Shown piece after piece: positions 1-13,725 of a stretch of DNA of 64,000 nt. Numbering within the stretch: position 1 is the stretch's first letter; every line of letters starts with the position of its first letter. The notes under the pieces were generated by a model. The model did no database searches and was not told the DNA's origin. It was given only the letters and a program-made list of their open reading frames with translations. The stretch is from Eledone cirrhosa. Its lineage: Eukaryota. The stretch covers positions 181,226,001 through 181,290,000 of the forward strand of contig OZ024742.1 in the NCBI GenBank assembly GCA_964016885.1, given 5' to 3'. The translations under genes and the position numbers were made by a program.

Positions 1-239
1 TATTAGACACTAGATTTGCTATTTTATTGTTTTACTGATTTATGTCTTTCACTGGACTATGGCTATACTGGGGCACAGATTTTAGAGTGTCATCTTGATT
101 GTATTGATCTCTTTACTTTGTCTAATACATGTTTTGACTGAGTGCAATGACAGAACAAGAAAAAATGTTTATCTGGAGGTAAAGGCATCTGACTAAATAA
201 CACAAGTCAATATTGTTTCATGCGCCACCAATTATTTCC

Positions 240-341
240 TCCCGAGGTTAACTTTGCCGTTTATCCTTACGGGGTCAATAAAATAAAGCACCGTAATGGA
301 CTGGGATAATTTCTGGCCTTGTTCTAAATGTAGAAACAATT
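240..341 (+). mobile_element. 3' fragment of SINE family B
   Basis: gaggttaactttgcc...ggggtcaataaaataaag...ggccttg...tagaaacaatt matches 14040-14137, 61055-61152 and the reverse copy at 62518-62705. Confidence 0.7.
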
Positions 342-357
342 ATATACTTATGTGTGC

Positions 358-520
358 AGGTGGCTGGCCCAGTGGTTTGAGTTTTGAACTCACACTCATA
401 AGGTTGTGGGTTTGATTCCTGAACCAAGTAGTGTTTCACATCCCTTTTCATGATAAGACTGAGGCCTCCTATTATTAAAACATCCAAAAAAACCTCCAAT
501 GGGACGCAGCCTTATAGGAG
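358..520 (+). mobile_element. Decayed tRNA-derived SINE head
   Basis: A-box-like ctggcccagtgg and B-box-like gggtttgattcc; resembles the SINE head at 2461. Confidence 0.45.
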
Positions 521-1639
521 GCCAGATACACATGCATATAGATGTAATCTATAAATTTCATTTCACTTTTATTGTATACATACATGTATACCACAACTGA
601 TTATGAACGCTGAAATGAGTGGAGGAGGATTGTGGACATCTGCTACAGCAGTCAAATGGAGATTTATATGATGGAACTCAGATCAACACAGAAAAATCAA
701 AATATCACTCTTCAGAACATCTGTTGAGTCAGTGTTGTTGTATGGATCAGGTACATGGACCTTGACACAAGCACTTGAAAAGAAACTAGACAATGTATAC
801 ACTAAATTCTTAGGGTTGCTCTAAACATAAACTGGCATCAATGTATTACAAATGAAACTTTATACAGAAGCCTGCCCAAAATAATGACTACTATTGCTCA
901 AAGAAGGTTACAATTTACAGGACATTGCTGAAGAAATAAACAGGAAGTTATACACAAGCTACTATTGTGGGAAACAACTTACATGAAAGGCAGTAGAGCA
1001 GAGGTTCTCAAACTTTTAGGGCCACTTCGCCCCACATGGCCACATAATACCCTCAGTGCCCCCACCCCTATTTTCAAAGAGACCTGCCAACACACAAATT
1101 GTAAATGATATATAAATAAAATCGTTAATTCAGCTATATATAATATGAAAGAGACGTTTATTGGTTGGTTGCACGAAAACTACACACAAACACATATCTA
1201 AAGAGAGAGAGACACACAGAGGGAGAGACAGAGAGAGATATACAATTAAAGTGTTAGATATTCTGAGAGAGAGAGAGAGATAAGGATAGAGAGAGAGCGA
1301 CAGAGAGAGAGAGATAAGGATAGAGAGAGAGCGACAGAGAGAGAGAGAAGGAGAGAGAGAGGAGAGAGAGAACGAGAGAGAGAGTGACGTCCCACTATAG
1401 TCATTGATTTTACAGAACAAAGAAAAAATTGATACTATTTGAAATTAATCTATGGTGTATATTAAGTTAGCTTTTTGAGGATAGCCTCATGTTATTATTG
1501 ACTTAATTCGGATAATAGTGTCAAAGTATTCTCCGAGGCTGCTATATGCGTTTATTCCTATGTTGTTTTTTTTTTGTATTGCTTTATATTATTTTTTTCA
1601 CGATATTTCCAAAAAAATTAATTTCATCATGTCACCATC

Positions 1640-2270
1640 TGGGGGAAGGGAGTTATAATGTCCATCAAACAGTTGAAATCTTCAAACGAAAGAGAAACTC
1701 ACGAACAATATAAAAGCGACTTGGAAATAAAGGGGCAAGTAAACATTGTGACATTCAGCAGAATATGAGACGGGAAACAGAAAGGTTAAGACAAGAAACA
1801 ATCGCAATGAGACAGGAAACAAAAAGATTAAGGCAAGAAGAAAGACTATCACAACAAACAGAGGTTCAATATGAAAATCATTAAAAGGCAACGAGAGTTG
1901 CGATGCAAACTCGACGAGCACAAACGACTCTTCAAGGCAGAATAAAATGGCTAAGAGCTGCCTTTTCATACGATCCTTCGAAGAATTAAAGAAATGGTCC
2001 TAAAGTCGCGATTGGTAGCATGGATATTACACTTGTCATGTGTTGTTTAGGAGGAAAGGTCAGACTTCCACTGATAGGGGGCCCTCCAGCTTACAGACCG
2101 TACGAACGAAGCTAAACACTTCAGAAGCAATGTTATGCGTTATATTGCTGAATTTCAGATGACGTCCTTTGGAGCTGTAAAAGATCATACTGACTATGAT
2201 TATTTCACATTTAAAATCCAGGGTCAATGCTACAATTTAATCAGCAGTTTACTCTCACAACCTAATAAGG
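1640..2270 (+). pseudogene. Helitron RepHel N-terminal fragment
   Basis: CCLGGKVRLP followed by FQMTSFGA...FTFKIQGQCYNLISSLL, typical of the Helitron N-terminal region. Confidence 0.7.
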
Positions 2271-2460
2271 TAGTTTTATTATTTTTGTTTTATGTCTCTC
2301 TCTCTCACTCACACACACATTACGGTCTCACCTCGTACTGTAAACCAGACAACACATCCAATACAGTCGTTTTCTCTCTTATCCATCTTCTCTTAACTGT
2401 TCTCCTGGGAGAAGGTGGGTACATCAGCTAGTATATAATAAATAATATAATATATACTAT

Positions 2461-2860
2461 GGAGGCACATGGCTTAGTGGTTAGAGCATTAGCATTGCAA
2501 TCGAAAGGTTGTGAGTTCAATTCTCAGACCGGGTGATGTGTTGTTTCCGTGAGCAAGAGACTTTATTTCACATTGCTTCAGTTTACTCAGCTGTAGAAAT
2601 GAGATGATAAGACTGGGATCCCTATCATTCCACTGTAAAGTGGACGTGTACGCGCCACGGGAAAAAAGCACCCAGCACTCACTGTAAGTGAGATTGGTGT
2701 TAGGAAGGGCATCCAGCTGTAGAAATGAAGTCAGAATCAGTTCCTGTATGAGCAAAACAAGGTCAGCCGACCGGACACTGCCCACAACAGGATAACCCGT
2801 CTAACCCATGCTAGCGTGGAAGAACGGACGTAAAACGTTGATGATGATGATGATGATGAT
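2461..2860 (+). mobile_element. Full-length tRNA-derived SINE, family A, with RTE-derived tail
   Basis: A box TGGCTTAGTGG, B box GAGTTCAATTCT, (GAT)n tail; near-identical copies at 57763 and 59163. Confidence 0.9.
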
Positions 2861-3271
2861 ACTATGTATAAATATATTTTTTTTTATTTTATTATATATA
2901 TATATAATATTCATTATTTGACATTTAATATACTATTATGTCATCTCTACCGCTTGCTTAGACACTAGTGCCCTCCTGGACTGTCTCAACACCAGCCCCC
3001 ACCGGGGCTAGTGCCCACTTTGAGAATCTCTGCAGTTGAGGAAGACCTACTTAAACATTCATCAATCAAATCTCAAATGATAGAAACATCAATAAAGAGT
3101 TGAAAAGAGGAATTTATAATGTTGAATTGTGGAGAGACTTTGTCTGAATGTTTGACCGTATGATGATGATGTTTACTACAATATTTACTCAAATATTTTG
3201 TGCCCTACATTGGAGGATAGATTTATTGCTGTTAAACATTCCCCCACATTTAATACTCATGTTTTGAACAT

Positions 3272-3480
3272 CTATCATCATCACCGTTTTACGTCCGTTC
3301 TTCCTCGCTAGCATGGGTTAGACGGGTAGTCCTGTTGTGGGCAGTGTCAAGTCGGATGACCTTGTCTTGCTCATACAGGAACTGAATCTAGCTTGATTTC
3401 TACAGCTGGATGCTCTTCCTAACACCAACCTCATTTACAGTGAGTGGTGGGTGCTTTCTTGCCGTGGCACCTCCATTACA
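3272..3480 (-). mobile_element. SINE A / RTE 3' tail fragment
   Basis: Reverse complement of about 2660-2860, starting from (ATC)n. Confidence 0.8.
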
Positions 3481-3660
3481 CTAAAGCAACCTTAACAACT
3501 TTTCACTTTTCACTTTGTTCGTTTTTTTTCTCCAACTTATTTTCTCAACTTATTTAACTATCTTATAGTTATTATATAGATTGTGGAAACTTTTTATAGT
3601 CAAAGGAAATGAATTTGAGATTCTATTTTTCTATACACACAGACACACGCACACACACAT

Positions 3661-3733
<73 letters not shown>

Positions 3734-3958
3734 TGGAATTTTTTATAAGAGATGTGTGGCGCACTCATAAATACTCAATGAGAATAACTTTAGATAAATG
3801 TAATTAATATTCATTATACATTTTATAATTATATTTTTGTGTTCATTTTATTTTATTTTAAAGATTATTCACTACAAACTCTCTAAACAAATTACTATTA
3901 TCAAAATTTGATATACATATATGCACACATACACACAATGTAACAAATCAAGACTACA

Positions 3959-4000
<42 letters not shown>

Positions 4001-4002
<2 letters not shown>

Positions 4003-4076
4003 GGAAAAAGTATGACCCCGACAGCAGAGCTCAAGCCGTTTCGACGGCTATTTCTGGTCTACAATTCCTTTGTTAT
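4001..4076. mobile_element. Tiny remnant of the 24426-24616 fold-back family, embedded in (TA)n
   Basis: taggaaaaagtatgaccccgacagcagagctcaagccgtttcgacggctatttc matches 24506-24559; ttcctttgtta is the reverse complement of the 24426 terminus. Confidence 0.7.
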
Positions 4077-4087
4077 ATATATATATT

Positions 4088-4120
<33 letters not shown>

Positions 4121-4299
4121 ATAGTCATGGTTATCTGACTTGGCTTGGCTTACAACGGGACAATCCATCTAACTCATGTTAGCATCGAAAAATGGATGTT
4201 AAACAGTGATAGCAATGATGGCAATGAAATCCAGTCTAGGTATACATTTTTTGACAACAGTAAAAGCGCATCATGAAATAGAGAATTGAAGTGAATAAT

Positions 4300-7200
4300 A
4301 GACACTATTATGTACATAGGTTGGAATAACAATACAGATTGGATATAACAGGGGGGAACTGATGGATGAGCAAATCGTTATAAAAAGAGGCGGATGTTGG
4401 GTGGGAACACTCATTGTCTTTTGGATTATTGAAGAGCAGATTTATACACAACACTTTTGGTTTTCCCCGCAGGAGCATAAATAAATAGGTTGTCAGGATT
4501 ACCAACTCGAGAACAGCCAACGTAAAAATGACCATGTGAAAAGCAATGGGTTCGAAGATCCAGAACAACTTTAAGAGATTGGCCTTGAGATTTGTTTATG
4601 GTCATTGCAAAACTAAGCTTGAGTGGGAATTGTAACCTTTTCATGGGAAATGGACAATCAGAAGGGGTAACAGGAATTTTGGGAATAAAAACAGATTCAT
4701 TTCGCTCGGGTCCTGTGATTATTTCTGCCTCAATTACAAGGTTCATCAGTTGCTTTACCACCAGTCTTGTTCCTTTACAAAGAAAGGGGGTGGTAAATTA
4801 CGTAGCAGGATAACAGGAGCTCCAACCTTTAGATACAACTCGTGAGGAGATAGTCCTGGAGGATCCTGAGAGTTAAGAAACTCTGTTGGGAAGTTGGTCA
4901 CTTGATCAAAGTCTGTATCAGTGTCAACTAACTTGTAACAGCGTTGAATAGAGGGCAACTGACCAACTATTTCGTGATTGATCAGCTTAACAGCAGCATT
5001 TGTGAGTGCAAGAATAGCGCTCTCACAAAGCCAATCAGGATTCATGAATTCAGTTGAAATATTTGGATAAACTGAAGAACATCAGTCATCAGGCGTTTAG
5101 ACTGAGCAGCCAATGGTAGAAGTGTCAATGTATCCATTGTCGTCGGACTCAAATTGACCATTACCGATTTGGAGGAGTTGAGTGGAAAATGGCGTACACG
5201 GACGACCAGTTTGTAATAGCGATCGCATATTAATTGTTAGTTTTTCTACCTCAACAAACTGCCAAAAGGAGGACTTTTTTAAACAGGCGTCCACTTCATC
5301 AGCAGGTGATCCATTTGGTACCACGGGAAGTGCCTGTCTGAAGTCACCTGCGAGAAGAAGAGTAGCTCCTCCAAATATATTGTCATTAGATCTAAGATCT
5401 TTCATTGTGGCATCTAGTGCCTGAAGAGAGCCTTTATGGGACATGGTTGCCTCATCCCACACAATTAGTTTACAGCTTTTCAACAGAGCAGCTTCGTCAG
5501 AACTATGTGAGATATTGCAGATGGGATTCTCTTGATGGACGACGTTCAGTGGCAGCTTGAAGGTCGAGTGTGCTGTGCGCCCACCTTCTAAAAGAGTCGC
5601 AGCTATACCTGAAGAGGCAACAGCAAGTGAAATGTCGCCATTCTGCCTTACCTTAGCAAGAATAATATTAAGCAGAAATATTTTACCGGTCTCTCCAGAT
5701 GCATCTATGAAGATAATCCTGCCAGTATTGCTGTATACCTTGTTTAGAACGGATTTGGATGCAGATTCTTGATCTGGATTAAGGAGAGGATCGTTGACAG
5801 CTACGTATTGTCGAAGCTTGGTTTTGTCGTAGCTGGTTTCTCTAAGGAGGAGTCGATTAAAAGTTTGCTCTTGGTTTCTATCTGGAGAAGGGAAGCAGTA
5901 TGCCTCCAAACGTTGGCCTCCAATTGCCACAACTAAGTCCGCCAAGATAATTAGACCAGCGTTATACATAGAGGGGGTAAAAGCGGTGGTGGAATTTTCG
6001 GTAGCTTGACAGGTTTGAAGCTATATATCGTGGCACATGTGGTCCCTGTATTTATTCCACAACAAAGGCGAGTTAACAAAGTTACAGAAAACCAGCATAA
6101 TGGCGAATAGATGCCGAAGCTTTGACGGGGATCGACGGAGAGACGCTTCCTCAGATGTACTCTCATAATGGTTGTCCGTATCGATGAGTCCCCGTTTAAA
6201 GCAGGCGTCCTTGAATGTCTTGCATAATTGACCGTCCACTGTGCGAAGGGCTGCAAAGGATGTTGATCCACGTACAACGTGAAGCAGCAGTCGAAGATGG
6301 AAGCATTCAAAGTTCAAAGGATGAACAGTATAGACGCGTCTTATTGTGTCACTTTCAAAAATGGCAGGATCTGAATCGAATATGTCGGCCCTGTTTTCTT
6401 CTTTGCCATAAGCAAGTTGAGTAGTTCCAAGAATAATAATGAGAAACATCAACATACAGAAGAGTTTTTGCGTAGGAGTCAACCGTACAGAGTTCGAAAA
6501 ATGCAGTCAAATTTGTCCTACGTGGGGCAAGAACCTGTTGACGTAAGTTTTCTTCAGTGAAGTAAACTCTCTGCTTGTCCTCTAAGTGAACACTGAGATA
6601 TTGAACAGGGGGGAATTTCTCGTGTATAGGGAAACCAAACGTTCTCCAAACGGCCTCATTGGTTGAGATATAACGCTCTATTTGAAACAGTTCTACCTCA
6701 TTTGTTGGTGCTGCTGCTGATCCTGTTTGTGCCACTTGAAAGACGGCTCTATCGGATCTCTTATTGACGTATTTGCAAACGTAACGTATAGATTTAACTG
6801 AGTTACAATATTCAACGTTAATATGTGCATTAAATGTCTTGCATAGCATCTTGTTATGTGGAACTACCCATTGATTGTCAATTGTAAATTCTCGGTTAGA
6901 TCCATGTTTGATTGTTGCTGTGAAACCGCCATGTCCAGGAGCTCTTCTGTGATATAATGGGTAACCGTCGTTACCTGTGATCGCCTCAGCCAAAAGCTTT
7001 CGTGGATATTTCTTAGTGCATTTTCCGTTTGCTATGCATGCATGAAGACGTAGAATTAAAGTGCCGACATGGCCCATGAACCATATATTTTCGAATGATT
7101 TCGTACAACTAGGGGTCTTCATAGGGATTTGGAAATTCTGCGCTTATGACTGTGTCCACGTCAGAAGGTCGAAGTTTGCTTTGTAGCCAGAGTAAGATGT

Positions 7201-8332
7201 GGGCGTGAGGTAGACCACATTTTTGCCATTCAACAGTATACATAAAACATGCGTTGTTCAGGTGTCTCCGCAGCTCTCGAGGCAGCAGTCGTGGCAGCAT
7301 TGCGTTTTGTTCGAGTTGCACGCTGTTCAGGTGTCTCCGCAGCTCTTGAGGTAGCAATCGCGGCAGCATTCAGCGCAAACCGAATAGCACGTTCCTCTGT
7401 AGACTCATTTGATCGTGAAGCAGCAGTGGTTTGTGCATTTTTTGCCATACGGGTGGCAAGTTTTTCTACTGAGTATCGATGTGATGAATGCGAAGTATTG
7501 AGTCTTGCGTTGTAGGCAGCTAATGTGGATAACCTAGTTGTCCTCTGCTCCTCAGTTTCATTAGCTCGACGCTGCTTTTCCTTAACCACACTGGTCGACA
7601 ATCTGCTGAGGCAACTTCTTTTTTTTCCACGAGGCATCAAAACGAAATCAAAATAGACATGATATAATACAATCGAATGTAAAAATAAAGATTAATTGTA
7701 AAATGTATTTGTAGTACATGTAGCGGTAGAACGTTCGAAATGTACAGGGTATGTAAGTTAATAACCAAATTATGTGTCAGAAACGTAGTCTAATATCAAT
7801 GCGAATAAATAGAATAATTTTAAATCTTTGATGTATAAACCATCCTTTAGATAAATTTAAGCATAATATTGTAAAAGTTATGACATCACTTAATGTATGA
7901 ACACCAAGCTTGAAACGATAAATTATACAATGTCAAATCTATAACTAAACTTAGTAATCTGTTAAAAATTGCTGGTTATGAAATATACAAAATGATATTG
8001 TTAGTGTCAAAGAAGCGTACCCTTTGTTTCAAGTACAAAGAGTAAAGTAAAATCCGAATGAGCCGAAATGTAATAATCAAAATCTCAAAATAAATTTTTT
8101 GACATCAAAAATGAGTTCTTATTGTATTGACGAAAGATAACTCTTGTCTTACTTAATCACGAAAATTGACACAAATAACCGAAACTTTTTTAATGTCTCC
8201 AAAGGCCCCAATATCGATTTTTGAAAGCCTTTGTAGATCATGTACAGGTTTTGTGCAAGGAGAAGCTCTGTAAAAAATTTCAAAGAAATCGCATGAATGG
8301 TTTAGAATATATGAGCCCTCATTACAAATTGT

Positions 8333-8407
<75 letters not shown>

Positions 8408-8425
8408 ACTTCAGCTTTATATATA
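4300..8425 (-). mobile_element. Helitron, autonomous type, decayed
   Basis: Contains RepHel fragments; probable 5' end near 8425 (TATATAAAGCTGAAG followed by (TG)n on the minus strand); no 3' CTRR end found. Confidence 0.85.
4426..7640 (-). pseudogene. Helitron Rep (HUH) - PIF1 helicase, frameshifted
   Basis: HUH motif VEWQKCGLPHAHILLW, YVCKYVNK, helicase motifs DASGETGK, WDEATM, AGDFRQ and QFPLKLSFAMTINKSQGQSL spread over several frames. Confidence 0.93.
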
Positions 8426-8535
8426 TGCACATATATATATACACACAAATGAAGAAAAAGAGCAATCAATGCTCAATGTAGAATTTGAGAATATATATAT
8501 TAACAGTTTGACTTATTTTTGCATTACCAAACCAG

Positions 8536-8732
8536 ATGGTTTCAAGATTGTAAATGCAATTAACTCTTTCAGAGATGATGATAAAACAATGGTGAAATTA
8601 GAAATGAAGAAGCTGATGAACTATTATTTTAACATGTCATATTATATCTACTATAGTGAGATGAGAGGCTTCAACAGCCCAATTAATGCAGATAACATCG
8701 TGGCACTGGATCGTTTGTTCCAACAGAGTTGA
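8536..8732 (+). CDS. Candidate terminal coding exon of an unidentified host gene
   Basis: T-rich tract and AG at 8534-8535, then a non-repetitive open frame GFKIVNAINSFRDDDK...ALDRLFQQS*; no homology recognised. Confidence 0.3.
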
Positions 8733-9499
8733 GTTTTAGTTTTCTGTAAACAGAGTTCTGAGCTTGGTACAAGGTCAATATATATATATATTATTCTGTT
8801 ACCTCTGCTGTGCAGTTGGTGTGAGTTTAAGCAGAAGCATTCATCTAGTGCACAGGTTCTCAACTCATTTAGGCCAAACGTCCCCTTTTGTCCCTCGAAA
8901 TCACGAACCAACCCTATTTTTCCATTTTTCAATATACTACTGATTTTGATATCAGTAGATTACTAAAAAATTGATTAACAATATTCCAAAGATACCATTA
9001 CATTCCTTGAAAGGAAATATATAAATTTCAAAAAAAGGAACATAAATGTTCTTTTTATGAAAAAGGACCAGTTGAATTTGTTATATTCCCACCAGGCAAT
9101 ACCAGCTATTTTGAACATTTATACAAGAGCAACTCTGTCTATACAAAGAGTGCTCTTATCTGGAAGAAAGTGGCAATTATATCATCCAAAGCTTTCCAAT
9201 TTTCCCTTTAATGAAACGGACAGGATAAATGTTGATATCTAACTTGATGTCCCCTCTGCTTTGTGAACTTAGAGACCACGGAAGAGGGTTTTCGTGACCA
9301 CGCGGGAAGGTATATTTATTAGTAAATGGTAAAATATATACAACAATGAGTAAGTGGATTGTAGTAGATGGTTTCCAGTCCAGTCAGACTGCAACTACAA
9401 ATAAAAAAAATTTGTTAGTTTGCTTTGTAACAATAGCATATCCAAGTTTTCGGATAAATCAAATTACTTTAACTTTGACCTCATTTCAATGGGACCCTT

Positions 9500-10525
9500 G
9501 AACTTTATGGAGTCTAGCTAACTCTTTAACGTCAGGCTGAATTTTCGTAAGATGTAGCCAGAGATCTTCACGTGTAGCGGTTGCCAGCCTTACTGTGCAG
9601 TCTGGAAACAACACCAGACCTCCTCTTGACTAAGTATGAGCTTGGAAAAGACAGAGCAAATCTCTTAGCCTCTGCATGTAGGTGTGGAAATCGACGCAGA
9701 ATTTCCTCTTGCATCCAAAATAGGGGTTCACCTAATTTGGGAAATCGAATTTTGATCATGTCATCTGCTTGAAGTTCAATAAATTCTTCCTGAAATATAA
9801 CGTCAAAATCATCGACGTTAGCTATGAAGGGATCTGCTACCCACATTGGGATGTCTATCGGCAAAAGGTCGACAAACCGTTCTCTCATGTTGTCTTGTAG
9901 CGCACGGAGGTGAGTGGTATAAATTTGGAGTTGGTCATCGCTTACAATGTTTTGAACATTGGCAAGACTAGGAAAATTATAGAATTCCCGTCAACAAAGA
10001 TTCCTTTCGATGACATTCAATTTTCCCAGGAATGTTTTCACAGCATTCCTTGCTTTAAGCAAGGTGATCTTCTTCCCCTGAAAAGCCAAAATGACGCTAT
10101 TGCATTTGTCGAAGATGTCGGTGAGGTAGGCGCAGGCTTGCCTCACATCGAGGGTTTTCTTGTACAGTTCTGTGTTGCGTCCTCGCAGAAACTCAATGAT
10201 AGAGTCGAACAGTTCAAAGAAGTAAGTAAGGCACTTGTGCTTTGAAAGCCATCTCACTTCATTATGAAGGAGCAACTTGACGAATTCTTCGTCATGATCT
10301 TGGCATAGTTGCTGGAAAATTCGTTCATTGAGGGAATGCCGTTTGATAAAATTGATGACATTAATGGCGACCTGCAAGGACTTGCTCAGCGGCTTGCTGA
10401 GTTTCTTCGTGTTGTCGATGAATGACACAATGAACAGCAAATACAGATAGATTCTCTCTCTTCAGAAGAGTGACGAAACCCTTATGTTGGCCGACCATTG
10501 CTCTTGCGTCGTCCGTAGCACATGA
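9500..10525 (-). pseudogene. Buster/Charlie-family hAT transposase, C-terminal half
   Basis: CATDDARAMVG...HCVIHRQH, LLLHNEVRWLS, AYLTDIF, FPSSYLV motifs; frameshifted. Confidence 0.9.
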
Positions 10526-10530
10526 TACAA

Positions 10531-10890
10531 CGTGTGTTGTATTTGGTCCTAGATGTATGTATTACCTGCCTGTGTGTTGTATGTAGTCCTAGATGTATGT
10601 ATTACATGCTTATGTATTGCATGTGGTCCCAGCTGTATGTATTACCTGCTTGTGTGCTGTATCTGGTCCTAGATGTATGTATTACCTCCTTATGTGTTTT
10701 ATGTGGTCCTAGATGTATGTATTACCTGATTATGTGTTGTATATGGTCCTAGATGTTTGTGTTACCTGCTTATGTGCTGTATGTGGTCCTCAATGTATGT
10801 ATTGCCTGCTTGTGCGTTGTATGTGGTCCTAGATGTGTGTATTATCTGATTATGTGTTGTATGTGGTCCTAGATGTGTGTGCTACCCGCT
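10531..10890. repeat. 40-bp minisatellite, about 9 copies
   Basis: Unit approximately tgtgttgtatgtggtcctagatgtatgtattacctgctta; CCTAGATG at 10548, 10588 and onward. Confidence 0.9.
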
Positions 10891-10919
10891 TCTGTGTTTT
10901 TCTTTTCTTTTTTATTTGT

Positions 10920-11367
10920 AATATTAGTATGTATACGTACATACATATATGTATACAGACGTAGAGTAGTATGTATATATATATACATACATGCACACAT
11001 ATATATACGTACGTATGGATTCACCGAACATTTATTATAATGCTCGGTGTGACAAAGGAACGCTGTACTAATTTCGGTGTGACAAAGGAACGCTGTACTA
11101 GTTTCAAGCTTATTAGCTATCGTCAGCAACGTATACCTTCCTGCTAGTACAGCGTTACTTTGTCAGTGTTGAACAAATGAGCAACGATGGTTGCTAGACA
11201 CTGTACGGCTTAATTCGGGGTGTTTGTTTACAAACACACCGAACATTATAATAAATGTTCGGTGAATCCATGAGTAAATATATTTATATGTGTGTATGTA
11301 TGTATACATATACATACTACTGTACGTCTGTATACATATATGTATGTACGTATACATACTTATATTT
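10920..11367. mobile_element. Fold-back element carrying a hammerhead motif
   Basis: Arms 10920-11050 and 11236-11367 are reverse complements; internal 30-bp tandem duplication. Confidence 0.8.
11090..11132 (-). ncRNA. Minimal type I hammerhead ribozyme
   Basis: ACGUUG-CUGACGA-uAGCUaauaAGCUu-GAAA-CUAG-UA-CAGCGU: 6-bp stem I, palindromic stem III ACUAGU; the stem II closing pair is mismatched. Confidence 0.65.
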
Positions 11368-11764
11368 AAGTAACAGCCGCACTAAGAGTGAGAAATGAAA
11401 TTTCGTTTCATTTTTTCAATTTATTTGTAATATTATTTATACAATAGGGAATAAAGACATACAAATATGGCTTATAAAACTTACCAAAGTAAAGAGCCTT
11501 CCAGCGCCCCCATAGCCCCCACCCCCCAGCTCCACCCAAGCCCCTGGAGTTCTGGAACGCCCCCCCCCCCCCCCGGGATCCATATTATCCCCCACCCGTT
11601 GAGAACCTTTGATCTAGTGTATTGCTGGGAATTGATGCTGGATGTCTTTGCTGTTCAATCTCTATATGCACAGGACTAATTGGAGCTAAGATGATTCCTA
11701 TATATATATGTATATGTGAAGTAGAATGTATGGAAAATACATAATACAACATATCGCATGTGAC

Positions 11765-12595
11765 ATGACAAAAAGCACCAAGGCCATACTGTAAATGTGG
11801 TTGGTGTTAGGAAGGACATCCCGCCATAGAAAACAAGCTAGAAACAGTTCTGTACGAGCAAGACATGGTATTGCATGCTCCGCTGGATGTGTAATAGTAA
11901 TATACGTGAACGGCAAAGCATAAACGAATTAAGGGAAAAATTAGGAATAAGAGGGATCAGATGTTGTTTACTCGAGAGAAGACTACATTGGTATGGTCAC
12001 GTGATGTGCATGAAAGACGACAGCTGTATAAAAAAGTCTAGGGCAATAAAAATAGACGGTAGCCAAGGAGTAGGCAGACCCAGAAAAACCTGGGACGACT
12101 TGATAAATTCTGACCTCACACACTTACACCTCTCCAAGACAATGTCACTGGATGACATCTTTGGCGCTACACAGTAATACAGAAGATCCGCCTTACCTAA
12201 GTACAAAGTGAAACCTACTACAGTCAGTAGGCACCTCTAACAAAAATACACCCCCGTCCCACTACCCGCACCCCATCCACACCACCCCTTTCAATGTAAA
12301 GTTATGTTGGTACCACAACATCCAGTCCGAAACAAATGAGGTTGTGTAGGTGTCACGACAAAAATAACACACAGTCCATGCTGTAATGTGGCCGTGTAGG
12401 TAACACGGTAAAAACCTCCCAGTCCCACACTGTAAACGTGGTTGGTGTTAGGAAGGGCATCCAGCCATAGAAAACCCGCCAGACAGTTCTATGCGAGCAA
12501 GACAACCACTCTCGCCTCAAGTGGGAAAACTCCCGTCCAAACCCATGCAAGCGTGGAAGATGGACGTTAAATGATGATGATGATGATGATGATGA

Positions 12596-12600
<5 letters not shown>
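11765..12600 (+). mobile_element. RTE LINE 3' fragment with (GAT)n tail
   Basis: RRLHWYGHVM...GRPRKTW; same family as 19873-21838 and 56659-57565. Confidence 0.8.
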
Positions 12601-12637
<37 letters not shown>

Positions 12638-12663
12638 ATATATATATATGTATATATATATGC

Positions 12664-12708
<45 letters not shown>

Positions 12709-13209
12709 CTGTCAAAACGGTGTCATCCAAGCCATCGGGAAAGAAGTATTTACAATACATACACTCTACTTTCCCATGTATTTAGTACTTAGCTTGACAC
12801 AATTGGAGAATGTAATAGGTTTCCAGTCGATAGCTGATGAAAGGAATGTCCCACAGTGCAAACTGTATTATCATCATTGTTGCTTAACATCTGCTTTCCA
12901 CACTAGCATGGGTTGGACAAGTTTCCCAGTCTAAGGCCAGGCAGGTTGGATCAGTCACATCATGCTCATATATTTCATATTTGGCATGTTTTCTTCTGAA
13001 AAACAACTACTTGTACTAGTTGTATACTTCACGGCATCATCACTACCCCTTTACTGAGTGTATTAGTTGTTATTTTTCATGGAACTAGCATTAACATTTT
13101 ATCAAGTATACTGGATGCTTTTTTAATGGTACCATCACTACCACTTTACAGAGTGAAGTAGAATGTATGGAAAATACATAATGTAACATATAGCATGTGT
13201 ATGTATGTT

Positions 13210-13725
<516 letters not shown>

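Larger units (their letters stand above)
999..3032. mobile_element. Non-autonomous hAT (Charlie-like) element with nested sequences
   Basis: TIRs CAGAGGTTCTCAAA / TTTGAGAATCTCTG; 8-bp TSD cagtagag / cagttgag (1 mismatch). Confidence 0.85.
620..3170 (+). pseudogene. Decayed 3' end of an RTE-like LINE, split by the hAT insertion (pieces at 620-998 and 3033-3170)
   Basis: Translates KIKISLFRTSVESVLLYGSGTWTLTQ..., similar to ORF 25848-26117; resumes with a GRP..TFINQI-like motif just after the hAT right end. Confidence 0.7.
8851..11611 (-). mobile_element. hAT (Charlie/Buster) transposon, internally rearranged
   Basis: TIRs CACAGGTTCTCAAC / GTTGAGAACCTTTG; perfect 8-bp TSD ATCTAGTG at 8843-8850 and 11612-11619. 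Confidence 0.9.

Noticed and set aside
2461-2535. tRNA genes at SINE heads (also 57763, 59163, 60965)
   Set aside because: A and B boxes are present, but there is no clean cloverleaf or terminator and the sequence continues into the SINE body.
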